From contig JAKLKB010000035.1 in assembly GCA_023150835.1 (NCBI GenBank), positions 50,830 through 70,829 of the forward strand: a DNA stretch of 20,000 nt. The letters are read 5' to 3'. The position numbers were made by a program, and so were the translations under genes. A model generated the notes under the pieces. The model searched no databases and was not told the origin of the DNA. It worked only from the letters and a program-made list of their open reading frames with translations. Shown in pieces: positions 16,506 through 20,000 of the stretch (the first letter of the stretch is position 1; the number at the start of each line of letters is the position of its first letter). Source of the DNA: Myxococcota bacterium (GTDB lineage: Bacteria; Myxococcota_C; UBA6777).

Positions 16506-16946
16506 ATGCGTTTTATGGAGAAAGCTGTGATCGTACAACAAGCACAACAAGAACATACCCCCTCGACCTTGGACTTTGCGATGGACTTGGTTCATTGGGC
16601 CGAAGATAAAAAAGCCGAAAATATCCACCTCTACGAGGTCGGGGATCTTTGCTCTTACGCAGATTATGTCTTGATCTGTAGTGGAAACTCTGATCGCCAT
16701 GTCTCTGCCATCGCAGAAACCCTGCGCGAAGAAGGCAAACACGCGGGACATATACCACTCGGTGTCGAAGGCCTGCACAAAGCACAATGGGTCTTGCTCG
16801 ACTTTGGTGACGTCGTGATCCACATCTTTTTTGGGCCCGTGCGGGATTACTACGACCTCGACCGTCTGTGGCCTGCAAAAGCCAAGATCTGGTCGGGCGG
16901 TGAACCTGCTTCGACGCCAGAAAGCGAGGATGACGACGATCTCTAA
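16506..16946 (+). CDS. rsfS: Ribosome silencing factor RsfS (Iojap)
   Basis: DKKAENI..ADYVLICSGNSDRHVSAIA..WVLLDFGDVVIHIF..RDYYDLDRLW; adjacent to rlmH. Confidence 0.96.
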   Translation: MRFMEKAVIVQQAQQEHTPSTLDFAMDLVHWAEDKKAENIHLYEVGDLCSYADYVLICSGNSDRHVSAIAETLREEGKHAGHIPLGVEGLHKAQWVLLDFGDVVIHIFFGPVRDYYDLDRLWPAKAKIWSGGEPASTPESEDDDDL

Positions 16947-16961
16947 AGATCGCGTCTCACC

Positions 16962-17432
16962 ATGAAGATCGCTATTCTTGTGATGGGTCGGCTCAAAGAC
17001 CGCTACCTCGAAGAAGGGATCGAGACTTATCTACAGCGTCTCCGTCTCTACTGCCCGATCGAATTGATCCGCCTCAAAGAAGAAAAAAAGCCCAACGCTG
17101 CAAGCGAATCGCGCTCTGTTCAGATCGAAGGTGAGCGCATCCTCGCCCAAGTCGGCGAAGGCGATACACTCATCGCGCTCTCCGAAGAAGGCCGCCGCCT
17201 TGACAGCCAAGCATGGGCCGCCACGATGCAAGCCTCCCTTGACGCTTGTCGTGGTCGCCTGTTGTTTGTGATCGGCAGCGGAGCCGGCCTTGCTCCCGAA
17301 GTCAAACAACGCGCCGATATCCTCTTGTCCCTTTCCCCCATGACTTTCCCCCACCAAATCGCGCTTCTGCTTCTCGCCGAGCAACTCTACCGCGCTTGGA
17401 CTCTCCTCAAAAACGAACCCTATCATCGCTAA
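16962..17432 (+). CDS. rlmH: 23S rRNA pseudouridine-1915 N3-methyltransferase
   Basis: MKIAILVMGRLK..EGERIL..FVIGSGAGL..LSLSPMTFPHQIALLLLAEQLYRA..NEPYHR. Confidence 0.96.
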   Translation: MKIAILVMGRLKDRYLEEGIETYLQRLRLYCPIELIRLKEEKKPNAASESRSVQIEGERILAQVGEGDTLIALSEEGRRLDSQAWAATMQASLDACRGRLLFVIGSGAGLAPEVKQRADILLSLSPMTFPHQIALLLLAEQLYRAWTLLKNEPYHR

Positions 17433-17640
17433 ACATCCATCGCACCGACGCTGTTCTCCCCTCCTCGCCTGCTCTTCCCAATGCCTCGTCTTTTTTGTGG
17501 AGCAGTTGGCACACCTTTTCCATGAGGGCCTGCTGACGTCACATCTATCCGAGCAGACCGTTTTTACGCGAGTATGTGCAAAATGCTCGGAGCGTCCGCC
17601 CAAATCGCATTCCACAAACGTTCGTTCTCGGAGGTATCGC

Positions 17641-18612
17641 ATGGACCGGCCCACAAAACAACTTCTCGTCTCGCCAAACCATCCAACACAAACAACACCC
17701 CAGCCTGTCTTGTCTCGGGATCTGAATGTGCCGATTCATCGGTCTTTTCAACTCTTGCGTGAGATCGCATCGGGGCTGCGGATGTGCGGGGAAGGTTTGT
17801 TGGCGCTGTTGTATCCGCCGCATTGTGCGGGGTGTGCGGAGCCGTTGGTGATCGATCGTTCGGGAGACGTGCTGTGTGCGTGTTGCAAAGAGGGGTGTTG
17901 GTTGTTGCGTGATGTGGCGGTTTGTGAGCGATGTGCTGCGCCGATGCGAGAGGGCGAGCGTTTGTTTCATCGATGGCATCGGCGAGATCAGTCGATATCA
18001 TGGTTGGAAGACGAACCCAGCGAGAGCCATTCTGCGGCGTGGTGGGATGCCGCCAACGAGACGCGGGGTTGTTGTGTTTCGTGTCGAGGAGAAGGCGTGG
18101 GCGTCGAGCGATGCAGGGCATTCTTTGCGTATGCAGGGACGATCCGTGCGCTGTTGCGGCGTTGGAAGTACCAACGCGATCTCGACGCAGGGGAGGGCCT
18201 TTGTGCGATCGTTCAAAAAGAATCGGTCGTGTGGTCCGAAGCTCTCGGACAGTACGATATCTTGGTGCCTGTGCCGATGTCACGAAAGCGTTTGCGTTGG
18301 CGTGGTTTTCATCCTGCGTGGAGGTTGGCGCAAGCCTTGGGGGCAAATAGCCGATGCGACGGTCATCCTGAGATCTTGTTGCGTGCTCAAGAAGAGCAAA
18401 CCCAAGTGGGGCTGGATGGAGCAGCCCGTCGGACCGCGCTTGCGGGGCAGATCACGCTCGCACCTTGGGCGATGCAAAAGCTTCACAACAAACGCGTGTT
18501 GCTGGTGGACGATGTGATCACCACAGGCGCGACGCTTGCGGCGTGTGCAGAGGCTCTTCGCCTTGGATCTCCTGCGAAGGTGGATGCGATGGCCTTGTGT
18601 CGGGCGATTTAG
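17641..18612 (+). CDS. comF: ComF-family protein (double zinc ribbon plus phosphoribosyltransferase domain)
   Basis: GGAGG RBS before ATG 17641; LYPPHCAGC..LCACC..CERC..CVSC; LVPVPMS..RGF; VLLVDDVITTGATL. Confidence 0.9.
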   Translation: MDRPTKQLLVSPNHPTQTTPQPVLSRDLNVPIHRSFQLLREIASGLRMCGEGLLALLYPPHCAGCAEPLVIDRSGDVLCACCKEGCWLLRDVAVCERCAAPMREGERLFHRWHRRDQSISWLEDEPSESHSAAWWDAANETRGCCVSCRGEGVGVERCRAFFAYAGTIRALLRRWKYQRDLDAGEGLCAIVQKESVVWSEALGQYDILVPVPMSRKRLRWRGFHPAWRLAQALGANSRCDGHPEILLRAQEEQTQVGLDGAARRTALAGQITLAPWAMQKLHNKRVLLVDDVITTGATLAACAEALRLGSPAKVDAMALCRAI

Positions 18613-18622
18613 CGTTTTGGGG

Positions 18623-18865
18623 CTACAGGATCTCGAACTCTCGGCAAAAGATCAAGACGCGCCCGACGACGTGGTCTTCTTCAAAGTAGGCGCGGCGGTG
18701 TTGCGTGTTTGGGTAATTGTACAAGCAACGTCCGCCTTGTTCGGGTTGAAAAAAGATGCACTCTTCGCAACAAAATTGGAGGCGTAAGCGCTCCGCTTCT
18801 TCCAAAAAGAGCGCCGTCACAGGCCCTTGGAGAGGGGTAAAGGTGGGGGCTTGTTTGCTTGTCAT
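18623..18865 (-). CDS. Small Cys-motif hypothetical protein (80 aa)
   Basis: AAGGAG RBS before ATG 18865; CCEECIFF..CLYNYP..FCREFE, a possible four-Cys metal site. Confidence 0.65.
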   Translation of the reverse strand: MTSKQAPTFTPLQGPVTALFLEEAERLRLQFCCEECIFFQPEQGGRCLYNYPNTQHRRAYFEEDHVVGRVLIFCREFEIL

Positions 18866-19000
18866 CGTCCAAAACGCTCCTTGGCCGGCTGTTTTTTTCT
18901 TTGGGTGTGGTGCCGCTGCTGTGGTATCTTCGGGCGGTGAGTGCGTGTGCTTTTCCCCGATCCATCGATACTCTTGGGGATCATATGATATCCGAGAGAT

Positions 19001-19098
19001 GTGTGATCGCAATGACGAGGCGATCCGCTGTGATTGCCCTGTTCTTGAGCAGCCCCCTGTGGCTGCCCCTACGTTTTGCGATCACACGACAGGCGGAT
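19001..19098. repeat. REP doublet (REPIN-like hairpin) containing REP copy 3
   Basis: GTGTGATCGCAA (19001-19012) pairs with TTGCGATCACAC (19076-19087), enclosing a degenerate REP and GAGCAGCCCCCTGTGGCTGCCCCTAC. Confidence 0.75.
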
Positions 19099-19344
19099 TT
19101 CGTAGAAGCGGTCAATACGGATGTTGAAGCCTTTTGCGCATCCACGACACTTTGACCGATGCACTTTAACCAAGAGCCTCTCGTTCGATCAACTGTTTTG
19201 GGATGCGTTGTTGAGCGGGGTGGATCCCAAATCCTCGAAGAGCGGAACAACAGAAGCGATACAGGCGAATCCTTTCCTCGTAGCGTGGGTTAGAAAAGCG
19301 GGTGTTTGAGATGCGACGATGCGTTAGAGAAGTGGGTGTTTGAG

Positions 19345-19935
19345 ATGCGAACATTGCGATGGCTTCGTTGGTTTGTGCTTTGTTTTTTGGTTTGTGGTGT
19401 TGTGGGAGGGGTGCTGTTGGCGTGCGGGCAGGAACCCTTGGAGCAACGTCAACAGCCGATCATCGGAGGGAAAGAGGATCTGAGCCATCCAGCCGTTGGT
19501 GTGCTGACCACGAACACGTTCACGCCGTTTTGTACGGCAACACTGATCGCACCGCGTCTAGCGCTTACGGCGGCGCATTGTCTCGATATCGCCAAAGCAC
19601 TCAACCTCAAGCTGCGTTTTCGCATCGATCTTCCAAGCCAAGCTGCGACGGGCTTTGATCAACATTTCGTGGATGTCGAGAACACTTCTGTCCATGCCCA
19701 ATGGGCCCCCTCGACAATGTTTTTTGATCACGATATCGCCTTGTTGCGCTTTCGTGAAGCGATCCCATTGATCCAGCCGATGGCGTTGTATCCGAACGCG
19801 ATGGAGGGCGATTGGCTTCAAAAGCGCATTACAGCCATCGGTTATGGGCTGCTCCAAACGCGCCCCATTGGCATCAGGTTAAGCAATGACATCGGAAACA
19901 ACAAGAGGATCGGGAGTATTGTGTTGCCATGTTGA
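19345..19935 (+). pseudogene. S1 (trypsin-like) serine protease lipoprotein, truncated before the catalytic Ser
   Basis: LLA-C lipobox, IIGG mature N-terminus, CTATLI..LTAAHC (His), HDIALL (Asp), IGYG. No GDSGG motif; S1-like sequence ends after LQTRP. Confidence 0.8.
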
Positions 19936-20000
19936 CGGTCGTTTTCGACGCGAACTGATTTTACAATTGTTACGGATGACAAGGGAAAGAGCCTCAAGCG
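19866..20000. mobile_element. Probable terminus of an IS4-family insertion sequence
   Basis: Begins CATTGGCATCAGGTTAAG, matching the CAT-N10-TTAAG pattern I recall for IS231/ISH8-type inverted repeats, where the protease similarity stops. The transposase is not visible in the window. Confidence 0.55.

Noticed and set aside
17508..17522. sigma54 promoter before comF (TGGCACaccttTTCC)
   Set aside because: The -12 GC dinucleotide is missing.

Overview
Bacterial chromosomal region of roughly 55% GC (estimated by eye). Its gene content suggests a Myxococcota/deltaproteobacterial lineage: a BsgA/LonD-like Lon, a Cys-rich surface lipoprotein, an S1 protease lipoprotein and a PilT paralogue. Genes in order: the 5' part of a PilT-family ATPase with a duplicated N-terminal domain (missing from the ORF track), a pseudo-receiver protein, a membrane lipoprotein, a lipase-type alpha/beta hydrolase, dtd, an orphan ECF sigma factor, pspA, lon, a JAB-DinG helicase fusion, a ~96-Cys lipoprotein, a second lipoprotein, rsfS, rlmH, a ComF-family protein, a small Cys protein, and a trypsin-like protease that appears cut by an IS4-like end at the right edge. 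The intergenic DNA is rich in repeats: two inverted ~125-bp palindromic elements bracketing the ECF gene, a GTAG-type REP family whose copies differ by loop inversion, 20-bp and 28-bp tandem arrays, and short duplications at gene boundaries. I found no CRISPR array or RNA gene. I cannot support a complete new multi-gene system; the best leads are the repeat-flanked ECF/pspA locus, the PilT domain duplication and the JAB-DinG fusion.
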